Shown here: positions 50,785 through 60,096 of the stretch, piece by piece
Layout of the letters: every line of letters starts with the position of its first letter
Numbering within the stretch: position 1 is the stretch's first letter
NCBI GenBank assembly: GCA_945949175.1
Contig: CAMFDU010000001.1
Coordinates: forward strand, 10,500 to 74,499
DNA from: Gulosibacter massiliensis
GTDB taxonomy: Bacteria; Actinomycetota; Actinomycetes; Actinomycetales; Microbacteriaceae
Direction of reading: 5' to 3'
Length of the DNA stretch: 64,000 nucleotides
The notes under the pieces: generated by a model
What the model saw: only the letters and a program-made list of their open reading frames with translations
Told to the model about the DNA's origin: nothing
Databases searched by the model: none
Program-made: the position numbers and the translations under genes

Positions 50785-51051
50785 ATGTCCCAGAAGCCCG
50801 CTCCGCGACGTGCGTTCAAACCTCCTGTCGGAGACGTATCCAAGTACGAGGACTTCGACGCAGAGTGGCGGGGGATCGGACTCGGGGCGCCGGCCCGACG
50901 TGCGTTAGTGGACGCAAAGTTGTACAAGGTGTCCGACCTTCGCAAGATTTCCCTCAAAGACCTCGCGGAACTTCACGGAATGGGAAAGTCAGCGATTGCA
51001 CGGCTTAAGGTCATCATGGAGGCCAAGCGGATTCGGTTTCTCGAATCTTGA
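50785..51051 (+). CDS. Small helix-hairpin-helix DNA-binding-like protein
   Basis: 88 aa. ..ARRALVDAKLYKVSDLRKISLKDLAELHGMGKSAIARLKVIM.. resembles an HhH / RpoA-CTD-like motif. Confidence 0.55.
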   Translation: MSQKPAPRRAFKPPVGDVSKYEDFDAEWRGIGLGAPARRALVDAKLYKVSDLRKISLKDLAELHGMGKSAIARLKVIMEAKRIRFLES

Positions 51052-51079
51052 CCTTGTCGACGCTTGGGACGTTCGCTCG

Positions 51080-51856
51080 CTAGATCGTAAACGCGGCGAC
51101 GAAGGCATCGAGCGCGGCGTCCGAATCCCCCGACGCCCAGCCTTCGAGCCCCACGACCTTGTCGAATTTCAAGGTGACGAGTTCGCGAGCGATTCGCGCG
51201 TAGTTGATTTCACCCGTGCCCGGTTCCTGTCGCCCCGGAACGTCGGCCACCTGAATCTCGCCAATCCATGGCAGTGCCTGACGAACGAGTTCCACCAGGT
51301 TTCCTTCCCCAATCTGAGCGTGATACAGGTCGAGGTTGAGTTGTAGGTGCGGGTTGTCGATGCTCGACACGAGTTCGATGGTGTCCTCGGCACGTGCGAA
51401 CGGTGTTCCGGGGTGATCGACGAGCAGATTGAGGTTTTCGAGCATGAACACCGCGTCGTGTTTCGCGCCGAGGTCGGCGAGCCGCGAGAGCGTGTCCTTC
51501 GCGGTGCGACGTTCGGCCGCCGTCACGGTATCGCGCGGGCGAATCGCTTGCCCATCGCCGTCAAGTCCCGTTCCGTGAACGTTCAGCCGATCGGCGTCGA
51601 TGATTCGCGACGCTACGATCGATTGCTCTGCCGTTTCGAGGAAACGCGCGATTCCATCGGCTTCGAGCAAATCGCCCTCGATGTAACCCGTCATCGAGGT
51701 GAAGTTCGCGCCGGTTGAGGCGAGTTCGGCCAAATCCTTAGTCGTCCAGTTCCAGATTTCGACGCCGAGACCGCGCGCGTGAATCGCGCGCACACGATCG
51801 ACGAACGGCAATTCGGTGAACAACATTTCCGCTGATGCGGCCAACAGGTATAGCAC
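51080..51856 (-). CDS. Hydroxypyruvate isomerase-like TIM-barrel protein
   Basis: ORF 51080..51883. GTG 51854-51856 is preceded by GAGGAG. ..LLAASAEMLFTELPFVDRV... and ..LQLNLDLYHAQIGEGNL.. resemble the Hyi/xylose-isomerase-like fold. Confidence 0.78.
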   Translation of the reverse strand: MLYLLAASAEMLFTELPFVDRVRAIHARGLGVEIWNWTTKDLAELASTGANFTSMTGYIEGDLLEADGIARFLETAEQSIVASRIIDADRLNVHGTGLDGDGQAIRPRDTVTAAERRTAKDTLSRLADLGAKHDAVFMLENLNLLVDHPGTPFARAEDTIELVSSIDNPHLQLNLDLYHAQIGEGNLVELVRQALPWIGEIQVADVPGRQEPGTGEINYARIARELVTLKFDKVVGLEGWASGDSDAALDAFVAAFTI

Positions 51857-51907
51857 GGGACTCCTCGGTGCTTGTTCGCTCAAACTTAGCGGAGCGCTCG
51901 TGCCACC

Positions 51908-53251
51908 CTACGCGATCTCGTAGTTGTCAAGCAGGTCGGTGACAAGGGCGGCAATGTCCGATCGCTCACTGCGCTGCAGTGTGATGTGACCGAACAGGTG
52001 TTGTCCCTTTAGCGCTTCGATAACACTGGCGATTCCGTCATGACGACCGACCAGAAGATTGTCACGCTGCGCGACGTCGTGTGTGAGAACCACGCGTGAG
52101 TTTTGGCCGATTCGGCTGAGGACCGTGAGCAAGACGTTCCGCTCGAGCGACTGGGCTTCATCGACGATAACGAACGCGTCGTGCAACGACCGACCGCGAA
52201 TGTGGGTGAGAGGCAGCACCTCGATGAGCCCGCGCTCGACGATTTCCTCCATCACGTTGTCGCTGACAACGGAACCAAGAGTGTCAAAAGTTGCTTGCGC
52301 CCACGGGTTCATCTTTTCATCGGCATCCCCGGGCAGATAACCGAGGTTTTGGCCGCCGACCGCATACAACGGGCGGAACACCATGATTTTTTTGTGCAGA
52401 CGCTTCTCGAGCACTGCATCGAGACCGGCGCACAGGGCAAGCGCGCTCTTTCCGGTTCCAGCACGGCCTCCGAGCGACACGATTCCTAGTTTCTGATCCT
52501 GGAGCATGTCGATGGCAAGTCGCTGCTCGGCGCTGCGACCGTGCAACCCGAACAGGTCGCGGTCGCCACGAACAAGTTCGATGTTTTTCGGTCCGACAAC
52601 TCGGGCCAAGGCGGATCCGCGCTCGGAGTGAACGACGAGGTTCGTGTTGCGCGGAAGATCCTCGACGAGAGTCGTGCGCAATTCTTCTTTCTCGTACAAC
52701 TTCTGCATGTCGTCACCCGACAGGGAAACCTCGGCAAGTCCAGTCCACCCCGAATCGGCAGCGAGCTCTGCTCGGTATTCTTCGGCGGCAAGACCGATGC
52801 TCGACGCCTTGACACGCAACGGCAGGTCCTTGGACACGACGACGACGTCAAGACCTTCGTTCGACAGATTCAGCGCGACGGCCAAAATGCGCGTGTCGTT
52901 GTCGCCGAGACGCAACCCGGACGGAAGCGCAGTGTCATTCGTGTGGTTGAGCTCAACACGAAGCGTCCCACCGTCTCCCACCGAAATCGGCATGTCGAGT
53001 CGCTCGTGTTTGATGCGCAGAGAATCGAGGTGTCGAAGTGCTTGACGTGCGAAATAGCCGAGTTCTGGGTCGTTTCGCTTCTTTTCGAGTTCCGAAATCA
53101 CGACCACGGGCAAGACAACCTCGTGTTCAGCAAATCGGAAAATTGCACGCGGATCCGATAACAACACCGACGTGTCAAGAACGTAAGTGCGCTGCGCAGT
53201 GGCGGCAGATTGTGAAGCGGACGTGGACGATGCAGCGGTGGGCTTGGGCAC
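51908..53251 (-). CDS. PhoH2: PIN-domain fused to PhoH-like ATPase
   Basis: [34 protein letters not shown] (PIN) followed by ..[15 protein letters not shown].. (Walker A) and ..FVIVDEAQS... GTG start is preceded by GGAGA. Confidence 0.9.
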   Translation of the reverse strand: MPKPTAASSTSASQSAATAQRTYVLDTSVLLSDPRAIFRFAEHEVVLPVVVISELEKKRNDPELGYFARQALRHLDSLRIKHERLDMPISVGDGGTLRVELNHTNDTALPSGLRLGDNDTRILAVALNLSNEGLDVVVVSKDLPLRVKASSIGLAAEEYRAELAADSGWTGLAEVSLSGDDMQKLYEKEELRTTLVEDLPRNTNLVVHSERGSALARVVGPKNIELVRGDRDLFGLHGRSAEQRLAIDMLQDQKLGIVSLGGRAGTGKSALALCAGLDAVLEKRLHKKIMVFRPLYAVGGQNLGYLPGDADEKMNPWAQATFDTLGSVVSDNVMEEIVERGLIEVLPLTHIRGRSLHDAFVIVDEAQSLERNVLLTVLSRIGQNSRVVLTHDVAQRDNLLVGRHDGIASVIEALKGQHLFGHITLQRSERSDIAALVTDLLDNYEIA

Positions 53252-53400
53252 TCAATCTCCGTTCAGATGCGGCGGCAACCGCATGGCGACAAGACCGTGT
53301 GGCCTTTTCGCCACGTGAATTACCTCATATAGAGAAACTATGTGTCGCGGGTGAACGTTGGCGGAGTGACACGCCGAGCGACGAAGACGTAACCTGCCGT

Positions 53401-54180
53401 TCACGCACCGAATCGGCGCTGTCGACGAGCGAAGTCTCGAAGAGCACGAAGAAGGTCGATCTCGCGCAGGTCCGGGCCGAGCGCTTCAACAAAATACAGT
53501 TCGGAATGCGCAGTCTGCCACAGCATGAAATCCGAGATGCGCTGTTCGCCCGATGTACGAATGACAAGGTCGAGGTCGGGCTGTCCTGCGGTGTACAGGT
53601 GGCCCGAAATGTTGTCGAGCGTCATGTCATCGGCGAGTGAATCAATCCCTCGACCGGCCGCCTCGTGTTCACGAATAATGTCCCGGACGGCTTCGGTGAT
53701 TTCGTGGCGGCCACCGTATCCCACCGCCAAATTGACGTGCAGACCGGTGTGGGTCGCTGTCAATTTGGCCGCTTTCTCAAGTGCCGTGCGAAGCGAAGCG
53801 GGAAGCTTGTCCGCGTCACCGACGTGAAGGACTCGCCAATTGGGGACACGGGCTAGGTCGGTCGCGAGGTTCGCAATAATGCGAACCAGGTTTTTCAGTT
53901 CGGTGCTGGGGCGACCGGTCAGGTTGTCGGTCGACAACAGGTACAGCGTGACGATTTCGACTCCGGCAGTGTCACACCACTCGAGGAATTCGCGAATCTT
54001 GCTCGCGCCAGCTTCATGGCCCTCGGCGATCGTGACGCCGTCTTGCAGTTGCGCCCACCGTCGATTCCCGTCGATGATCATCCCGACATGACGCGGCGGG
54101 GTGGTTTCGCGCAACTGGTTTTTAAGTCGCGTCGCGTACAACCCGTAAAGGGCCGACTTAATCGACGTACGAAGTGACAC
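53401..54180 (-). CDS. Z-isoprenyl diphosphate synthase (cis-prenyltransferase, short-chain Z-FPP synthase-like)
   Basis: PRHVGMIIDGNRRWA, ..LYLLSTDN.., ..NLAVGYGGRHEI.. and ..DLVIRTSGEQRISDFMLWQ.. Length (259 aa) and location near greA resemble the mycobacterial short-chain enzyme (recalled). Confidence 0.9.
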   Translation of the reverse strand: MSLRTSIKSALYGLYATRLKNQLRETTPPRHVGMIIDGNRRWAQLQDGVTIAEGHEAGASKIREFLEWCDTAGVEIVTLYLLSTDNLTGRPSTELKNLVRIIANLATDLARVPNWRVLHVGDADKLPASLRTALEKAAKLTATHTGLHVNLAVGYGGRHEITEAVRDIIREHEAAGRGIDSLADDMTLDNISGHLYTAGQPDLDLVIRTSGEQRISDFMLWQTAHSELYFVEALGPDLREIDLLRALRDFARRQRRFGA

Positions 54181-54186
54181 GGCGGG

Positions 54187-54420
54187 TTACCTGTTACCGG
54201 TTTCCTTGTCCACATCCGCGATCAGCTTGTCGACAGCGACCTCTGCGTCAACGTTGACAGCGGCTTCCTCGCGATATCGCAGTCGACGCATTCGGCGGTT
54301 CATGTCCAAGATAAGAAAAATCGCGGTGATGGCGACCGCCGCGGTGATGAGGAATCCCACCACACCAGGGGTTACCCCATTCGGGTCGATTTCTTCGGCA
54401 AGGATCAGTGCGGTGTTCAA
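54187..54420 (-). CDS. Small hypothetical membrane protein
   Basis: ORF 54187..54474. The TTG at 54418-54420, preceded by GGAGA, avoids overlap with the divergent DUF4307 gene. One TM helix (GVVGFLITAAVAITAIFLIL) and a charged tail. Confidence 0.4.
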   Translation of the reverse strand: MNTALILAEEIDPNGVTPGVVGFLITAAVAITAIFLILDMNRRMRRLRYREEAAVNVDAEVAVDKLIADVDKETGNR

Positions 54421-54467
54421 GGTGTCTCCGTTTCGCGTAGCCTGATTACAGAGTACCGAAGGGCAGC

Positions 54468-54863
54468 ATGTCATCCTCTACAACACCTCCCGCGGGCCGC
54501 TACGGTGGCTCGAATTTGTCGGCGCGCACCGTGTGGATTTTTGCGTCCGTTTTGATAATTGCGTTTTTTTCCTGGGTGACGTGGGTCTTCTCGACCGACA
54601 AAACCACTGGTATCGAATGGGTCGCGTTCGAGTCAACCGGTGGCGAGACGACCGCGATGATGAAGTTCCAGATCACGGCGCCGCCCGGCACCCCCGTCAC
54701 CTGCGCGCTGCGCACTGTCGATTCTTCGATGGGCACAAATGGCTGGACCGTGAAGTCGTTTCCAGCGTCCGACCAATTCACGACCCAGTATTCCGAAACA
54801 ATCAAGGCTGTCAGCGAGGTTTCCGGCATCGACGTTTATCGTTGCTGGCGCGAAGACCGCTAA
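54468..54863 (+). CDS. DUF4307 domain membrane protein
   Basis: N-terminal TM helix plus a beta-rich domain; sits directly upstream of greA, as recalled for DUF4307 in actinobacteria. Confidence 0.72.
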   Translation: MSSSTTPPAGRYGGSNLSARTVWIFASVLIIAFFSWVTWVFSTDKTTGIEWVAFESTGGETTAMMKFQITAPPGTPVTCALRTVDSSMGTNGWTVKSFPASDQFTTQYSETIKAVSEVSGIDVYRCWREDR

Positions 54864-54930
54864 CCGTTTTGTTCAGTCGGGGCGGTCACGACTACCCTAG
54901 ATAGACACCCCTTTAAAGGAGACTCTCGCC

Positions 54931-55407
54931 ATGGCACCCATGTGGCTTACCCAGGAAGCGTTCGACCGCCTCGCGCTCGAACTCGAAACCTTATCGACGA
55001 CCGGTCGCTCCGAAATTGTGAAGCGAATCGAAATGGCGCGTTCCGAGGGTGACCTCAAAGAAAACGGCGGGTATCACGCCGCCAAAGACGAGCAGGGCAA
55101 AATCGAGGCTCGTATTCGCGAGTTGACCGACATGCTGAAGCACGCTCACGTCGGATCAGAGCCGGTCGACGCATCGCGTGTGGCGTCCGGAACAGTTGTG
55201 ACGGCACACATTCATGGCGACGAAGAAAAATTCCTTCTGGGTTCCCGTGAGGTTGCCGGAGACACTGATCTCGATGTGTATAGCGAAAACAGCCCCCTGG
55301 GCCAGGCCATCGTCGGTCTCGAGCCGGGCGACACCGCGACCTTCACCGCGCCGAGTGGTGCTGAAATCGCGGTCGAGATCATCTCGATCGAACCATTCCT
55401 CGGTTAG
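54931..55407 (+). CDS. greA: Transcription elongation factor GreA
   Basis: WLTQEAFDRLALELETL...RSEIVKRIEMARSEGDLKENGGYHAAKDEQG... Confidence 0.95.
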   Translation: MAPMWLTQEAFDRLALELETLSTTGRSEIVKRIEMARSEGDLKENGGYHAAKDEQGKIEARIRELTDMLKHAHVGSEPVDASRVASGTVVTAHIHGDEEKFLLGSREVAGDTDLDVYSENSPLGQAIVGLEPGDTATFTAPSGAEIAVEIISIEPFLG

Positions 55408-56639
55408 AAGTTAACCCGCGGTTCATAGCCTTCGGCGCGCAATGCTTTGAGCACCTGGGCCGCGTGGTCTGGTCCGCGGGTCTCGATGTGAATCTCGAGC
55501 TCGACCTGGGTGATCTGCAAATCGGTACCGTGCCTAGTGTGGGTCACTTCGACCACGTTGGCGTTCTGATCAGCGAGGATTTCAGAGATTTTCGCGAGTT
55601 GACCCGGACGGTCGGGAAGCGGAATTCGCATGCTCATGTATCGACCGGTCGTGACAAGACCGCGGGCGATAACGCGCTCCATCACCATCGGGTCAATGTT
55701 TCCGCCTGATAAAACAACAACAGTTTTGCCGATTGCGTCAATCTTTTCGGCAAGGATCGCGGCGACGCCAACCGCGCCCGCCGGTTCGACAACGAGTTTC
55801 GCACGCTCGAGGAGCATCACCAGTGCGCGGGCGATGTCATCGTCACTGACAGTGACCACCTCGTCGACGGTGTCCTTAATAATGGCAAAGTTAAGCGTCC
55901 CCGGACGTGCAACCGCAATGCCATCCGCAATGGTCGGCTTCATCTCTATGGTTGTGGGTTCACCGGCTCGCAGTGAGGGCGGGTACGCCGCCGCGTTCGT
56001 AGATTGGACACCGATGATTCTGATGGTGCGCCCGTTTTCTGCCGCACGTTGCTTCATGGCGCTGGCGACACCGGAAATCAGTCCGCCTCCGCCGATCGGG
56101 ACGATAACGGTTTCCACGTCGGTGACTTGCTCAAAGATCTCGAGCCCTACTGTTCCTTGCCCGGCGACGACATCGGCGTGGTCATAGGGCGGAATGAAAA
56201 CAGCACCCGTCTTCTCGGCGAATTCCTTTGCCGCCGCGAGCGATTCGGTGAACGTCGGGCCGAGAAGAACGACCTCAGCTCCGTAATCACGCGTGGCCAA
56301 CAATTTGGGCAAGGCAACACCCATCGGCATAAAAATAGTCGCCTGAATTCCCAGTTCCTGAGCGGCGAGAGCGACTCCTTGAGCGTGGTTTCCGGCGCTG
56401 GCCGCCACGACTCCGCGGGCTCGTTCGTCGGGGCTCAACTTGCTCATGCGGTTATATGCGCCGCGAATCTTGTAGGCACCCGTGCGTTGAAGGTTTTCGC
56501 ACTTCAGAACGACCTCTAGCCCCAAAATTCCCGAAAGGTAACGCGACTCCTCGATCGGGGTTTCCTGCGCAACTGCAGACACAACCTCACGCGCGGCGAT
56601 GAAATCCGCGAGCGTGGGACCGGCGATTGCTGTTGTCAT
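55404..56639 (-). CDS. ilvA: Threonine ammonia-lyase (short form, one ACT-like domain)
   Basis: ORF 55404..56816; ATG 56637-56639. ..VVLKCENLQRTGAYKIRGAYN.. (PLP Lys), ..ASAGNHAQGVA.. and ..PIGGGGLISG.. Confidence 0.92.
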   Translation of the reverse strand: MTTAIAGPTLADFIAAREVVSAVAQETPIEESRYLSGILGLEVVLKCENLQRTGAYKIRGAYNRMSKLSPDERARGVVAASAGNHAQGVALAAQELGIQATIFMPMGVALPKLLATRDYGAEVVLLGPTFTESLAAAKEFAEKTGAVFIPPYDHADVVAGQGTVGLEIFEQVTDVETVIVPIGGGGLISGVASAMKQRAAENGRTIRIIGVQSTNAAAYPPSLRAGEPTTIEMKPTIADGIAVARPGTLNFAIIKDTVDEVVTVSDDDIARALVMLLERAKLVVEPAGAVGVAAILAEKIDAIGKTVVVLSGGNIDPMVMERVIARGLVTTGRYMSMRIPLPDRPGQLAKISEILADQNANVVEVTHTRHGTDLQITQVELEIHIETRGPDHAAQVLKALRAEGYEPRVNF

Positions 56640-56673
56640 GATGTGTTCCTTCGAAAACGCTACCGTAATAAGC

Positions 56674-57879
56674 ATGATGACCGTCTCTGCATCCGAGGCG
56701 CGACGCCTTGCGCTTGTCGCCCAGGGCTTCGGTTCGCCACCGCGCGGGATTGTCACGACCGATCGCCTAACCGACGCCATCGCCCGCCTCGGCGTTCTCC
56801 AACTTGATTCGGTCAACGTCTTTGAGCGCAGTCATTACCTGCCGATGTTTTCGCGTCTCGGCATCTATGACACCGCATTGCTTGACCACCTGTTGCTTGA
56901 CCCACACGTCCCCGCCACACACATTGAATACTGGGCTCACGAAGCCTCATTTATTCCGGTCGAATCCTGGCCGCTGTGGCAGTGGAAAATGCGCGAGAGC
57001 CGTCAGCGCAACGAGGTGCCCGATTCGTGGTTGGCCCAGCATAAGAAGCTTGCCGATGAACTACTCGCCCGCCTCCATTCGGACGGCCCGGCGACGTTCA
57101 GTCAACTCGAGGGTAAGCGCGACGCGCGTCGAGGCAGTTGGTGGGACTGGAGTGATGTGAAGCGTGCCTTGGAATATCTGTTTGAGGACGGCACAATCAC
57201 CGCGATTGGTCGCACGAACTTCCAGCGAATCTATGCCCCGGTCGCCGACGTGATTCCGCACCACCTCCTAGACACGGCCGTGGACAAACCCGTCGCCCGG
57301 CGCGCCCTCGTCCTCGACGCGGTTCGAGCGCTCGGCATCGGAGTTCTGTTAGACATCGCGGACTATTACCGTTTCAAGGTCGCGCCAACCAAGGTCGCCC
57401 TGGACGAGTTGGTCGAAGCTGGCGCGATTCAACGGGTGTCGGTCGATGGATGGGCTCACCGCGGCGAGGCACTCAATGCCTACATGGTGTCGGGCACAAG
57501 TGTCCCCACCCGCGCACCAAAAGTGTCGACCATACTGACGCCGTTTGACCCCATCACCTGGAATCGCGCTCGAGCAAGTCGGTTGTTCGGTTTCGACTAC
57601 AAGATCGAGATCTACACGCCGGCGGCAAAGCGCGTCTACGGCTATTACTCGCTGCCGATCCTCATGGATGACGCATTAGTGGGCCGCGTGGACCTCAAGG
57701 CCGACCGAAAGGCCCGGACTCTTATCGTCAAGAGCGCGCACTGGGAAACCACGCGACCCTCGGACGCCGCCGCTCGCCTTGCCGCGATCGTACGAAGCGC
57801 GGCGACGTGGCGGGGTCTTGAGAACATTGTGGTGGACGACTGGGGCGATGCCGCCGCCGAACTGCGCCGAATCGTTTAG
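56674..57879 (+). CDS. Winged-helix DNA glycosylase-like protein (YcaQ/AlkZ, DUF1006 family)
   Basis: ORF 56599..57879; ATG 56674. ..ARRLALVAQGF...IARLGVLQLDSVNVFERSHYLPMFSRLG... and ..YYSLPILMDDALVGRVDLKADRK.. are typical of YcaQ. Confidence 0.85.
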   Translation: MMTVSASEARRLALVAQGFGSPPRGIVTTDRLTDAIARLGVLQLDSVNVFERSHYLPMFSRLGIYDTALLDHLLLDPHVPATHIEYWAHEASFIPVESWPLWQWKMRESRQRNEVPDSWLAQHKKLADELLARLHSDGPATFSQLEGKRDARRGSWWDWSDVKRALEYLFEDGTITAIGRTNFQRIYAPVADVIPHHLLDTAVDKPVARRALVLDAVRALGIGVLLDIADYYRFKVAPTKVALDELVEAGAIQRVSVDGWAHRGEALNAYMVSGTSVPTRAPKVSTILTPFDPITWNRARASRLFGFDYKIEIYTPAAKRVYGYYSLPILMDDALVGRVDLKADRKARTLIVKSAHWETTRPSDAAARLAAIVRSAATWRGLENIVVDDWGDAAAELRRIV

Positions 57880-58775
57880 AACTTTCCGCCGATTTCGAGC
57901 AATCGACGAACTCGTTCAGCGATGGGCGGGTGCGTCGAAAACATACGCTCGACAATGTTCTGCTTGTTGGGGTCCGCGATCCACATGTGTGCCATCGATG
58001 CCGATTGACGTTGAAGCGGCGCTGAATACTCCCCGAGTTTGTGCAATGCACTGGCGAGCCCTTCGGGGTTGCGGGTTGTCATCGCACCGGTCGCGTCAGC
58101 GAGGAACTCCCGTTGGCGCGAAATTCCTGCCTGAACGAGTGCCGACACAAGAGGTGCAATCACCATCGCGATAAGCCCAAACACGAGTGACAGCATGGCC
58201 AAACCACCGTTGTTGCCACCACCACGGGAATTTCGGCTGCCATAGAACGCCATTCGGAACATCATGTCTGCAATGAATCCGAAGGCTACGACAAGTCCGA
58301 ACACAATGGTCGAGACGCGAATGTCGTAGTTTTTGACGTGCCCCATCTCGTGTGCCATGACTCCCTCGAGTTCCGCATCGGTCATGATTTCGAGAAGCCC
58401 GGTTGTTGCGGCAACGACAGCGTGCTCGGGGTCGCGTCCCGATGCAAAAGCGTTCGGTGCCGGGTCGTTGACAATGTAAACCTTCGGCATTGGCATACCG
58501 TTCGTAATCGACAAGTTTTCGACAATCCGATAGAGCCGGGGATTGTCATTCTGTTCGATCTGTACGGCACCGGATGTCTTGACGGCAATCGACCCCGCGT
58601 TGTAATACTGGTACCAGGCATACGCACCGGCGCCCAAAATCGTCATGATTGTGATGGTCCAGGTTTGTTCGCCCATGAAAAAGGCGATGAGCCAACCGAG
58701 TCCACCCAGCAAGACGATGAACACGAACAGTATGACGACAGTGTTCCGCTTGTTCGCGGCAATAGCGCTATACAT
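57876..58775 (-). CDS. htpX: M48 family zinc metalloprotease HtpX
   Basis: ..LEGVMAHEMGHVKNYD.. (HExxH), 4 TM helices and C-terminal ..FSTHPPIAERV.. Confidence 0.92.
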   Translation of the reverse strand: MYSAIAANKRNTVVILFVFIVLLGGLGWLIAFFMGEQTWTITIMTILGAGAYAWYQYYNAGSIAVKTSGAVQIEQNDNPRLYRIVENLSITNGMPMPKVYIVNDPAPNAFASGRDPEHAVVAATTGLLEIMTDAELEGVMAHEMGHVKNYDIRVSTIVFGLVVAFGFIADMMFRMAFYGSRNSRGGGNNGGLAMLSLVFGLIAMVIAPLVSALVQAGISRQREFLADATGAMTTRNPEGLASALHKLGEYSAPLQRQSASMAHMWIADPNKQNIVERMFSTHPPIAERVRRLLEIGGKF

Positions 58776-58781
58776 CGAGTG

Positions 58782-59351
58782 CTAGAACTGGACTTTCGGG
58801 GGTTCGGCAATCGCGTCAGGGTTGTCCACCTCAAAGAAGTCGCGCATGCTGAACCCAAGCTGCTTGGCCCAGGCGTTGTTGGGGAAGACGAGAATCATGG
58901 TGTTGAACTCGCGCACACCTCCGTTGTAGAAGCGACGAGAAGCCTGAATCTTGTTTTCGGTGTCAACGAGTTCCGCCTGCAACTGAAGGAAGTTGTCACT
59001 CGCCTTCAAATCCGGGTAGGCCTCAGCAACCGCAAAGATTGACTTGAGCGCCGCCTGCATCATCCCTTCAGCGGCAGCAGCTTCGGCCGGGCCTTCGGCG
59101 TTGACCGTTGCAGCGCGCGCCTTCGTGACATTCTCGAAAACCGCCTTTTCATGCTTGGCGTAACCCTTGACCGCTTCGATCAGGTTGGGGATGAGGTCCG
59201 CGCGACGCTTGAGCTGGACCGTGATGTCACTCCACGCTTCATCGACACGAACTTTAAGAGTGATGAGGCCGTTATAGGTCGACCAGAGATAGAGCCCCGC
59301 AACAATGGCGAGACCGGCGATGACAAAAAGTACTGTTTGTGTTGGATCCAT
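58782..59351 (-). CDS. lemA: LemA family protein
   Basis: N-terminal TM helix. ..YNGLITLKVRVDEAWSDITVQLKRRADLIPNL.. and ..RRFYNGGVREFN.. Confidence 0.92.
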   Translation of the reverse strand: MDPTQTVLFVIAGLAIVAGLYLWSTYNGLITLKVRVDEAWSDITVQLKRRADLIPNLIEAVKGYAKHEKAVFENVTKARAATVNAEGPAEAAAAEGMMQAALKSIFAVAEAYPDLKASDNFLQLQAELVDTENKIQASRRFYNGGVREFNTMILVFPNNAWAKQLGFSMRDFFEVDNPDAIAEPPKVQF

Positions 59352-59487
59352 GGCTTTACTCTACGCGCGCGATGCGAGGAGAAGAAGGCGCTTTCCCCCA
59401 GGGCGAAATTCTTCGGTTGTCCACATTTCTGTAAATATGATTAGACTGTTTCTAGAATCTCGGGATGCTTGAGCGGTGAGCAAATCG

Positions 59488-59673
59488 ATGTCCGCCCGGC
59501 GCGCAACTGCGCTTCTCAAAAAGAAAGGATGGGTGATTCTGAGGACTCGCGGAAGCCACACGGTCTGGAAGTCACCCCGAGGGACACTTCTCACACTTCC
59601 CGATGGCCACCGCGAAATCAGTCCCGGAGTCGTCCGAAATCTACTGAGAGCTCTCGAGGAGTCCGATGCCTAA
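59488..59673 (+). CDS. hicA: Type II toxin-antitoxin system HicA family toxin
   Basis: ORF 59476..59673 (GTG 59476 or ATG 59488). ..ATALLKKKGWVILRTRGSHTVWKSP..LTLPDGHREISPGVVRNLLR.. matches the HicA pattern (GSH...P.H...). Confidence 0.8.
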   Translation: MSARRATALLKKKGWVILRTRGSHTVWKSPRGTLLTLPDGHREISPGVVRNLLRALEESDA

Positions 59674-60046
59674 ACACATTGTCGAGGTTTACCGAGACGG
59701 CAAATGGTGGATGGCCGACATTGCCGCGCTAGACATTTTGACCCAGGAACGCCGAATCGCGAACATCGAACACGCGGCGCGCGAGGCGATTGCCTTAACC
59801 CTCAATGTGGATCCACTCGATTTCGACCTTGAAATTCGAATGAGACCGATTTCTGACATTGATGTTGAGACGTTGCGGGCAGAGATTCACCGTGTGAACG
59901 ATGCCGCATCCGCCCTCGAACGCGAGGCGACTGTGCGATCAAAAGAACTCACACAACGCCTCGCCCAGGCTGGCGTGCCGTTACGTGATATCGGCACAAT
60001 CATCGGATTCTCGCACCAACGTGCACACCAGTTTCTCGACCGCTAA
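59666..60046 (+). CDS. hicB: HicB-like antitoxin with a C-terminal DNA-binding region
   Basis: Overlaps hicA by 8 nt (ATGCCTAA). The N-terminus MPKHIVEVYRDGKWWMADIAALDILTQ... resembles the HicB fold. The C-terminal ..LRDIGTIIGFSHQRAHQFL.. is HTH-like. Confidence 0.72.
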   Translation: MPKHIVEVYRDGKWWMADIAALDILTQERRIANIEHAAREAIALTLNVDPLDFDLEIRMRPISDIDVETLRAEIHRVNDAASALEREATVRSKELTQRLAQAGVPLRDIGTIIGFSHQRAHQFLDR

Positions 60047-60096
60047 GTCGCGGTGACTTTCGTGGGATGAGGTGCTACGACTAAGCAATTCGCGGG

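Noticed and set aside
53252-53400. The 149-nt region upstream of PhoH2 as a possible riboswitch or sRNA
   Set aside because: It has only short, weak hairpins (for example ATGCGG..CCGCAT) and an AT-rich promoter-like patch. It has no resemblance to any RNA family I can recall and is too little to call.
59380-59412. A possible att-type direct repeat of the tRNA 3' end (cccccagggcgaaattcttcgg versus ccccaacagggattcgaaccctg)
   Set aside because: There are only scattered matches with no contiguous identity of useful length, and no integrase nearby. This is not convincing as an attachment site.
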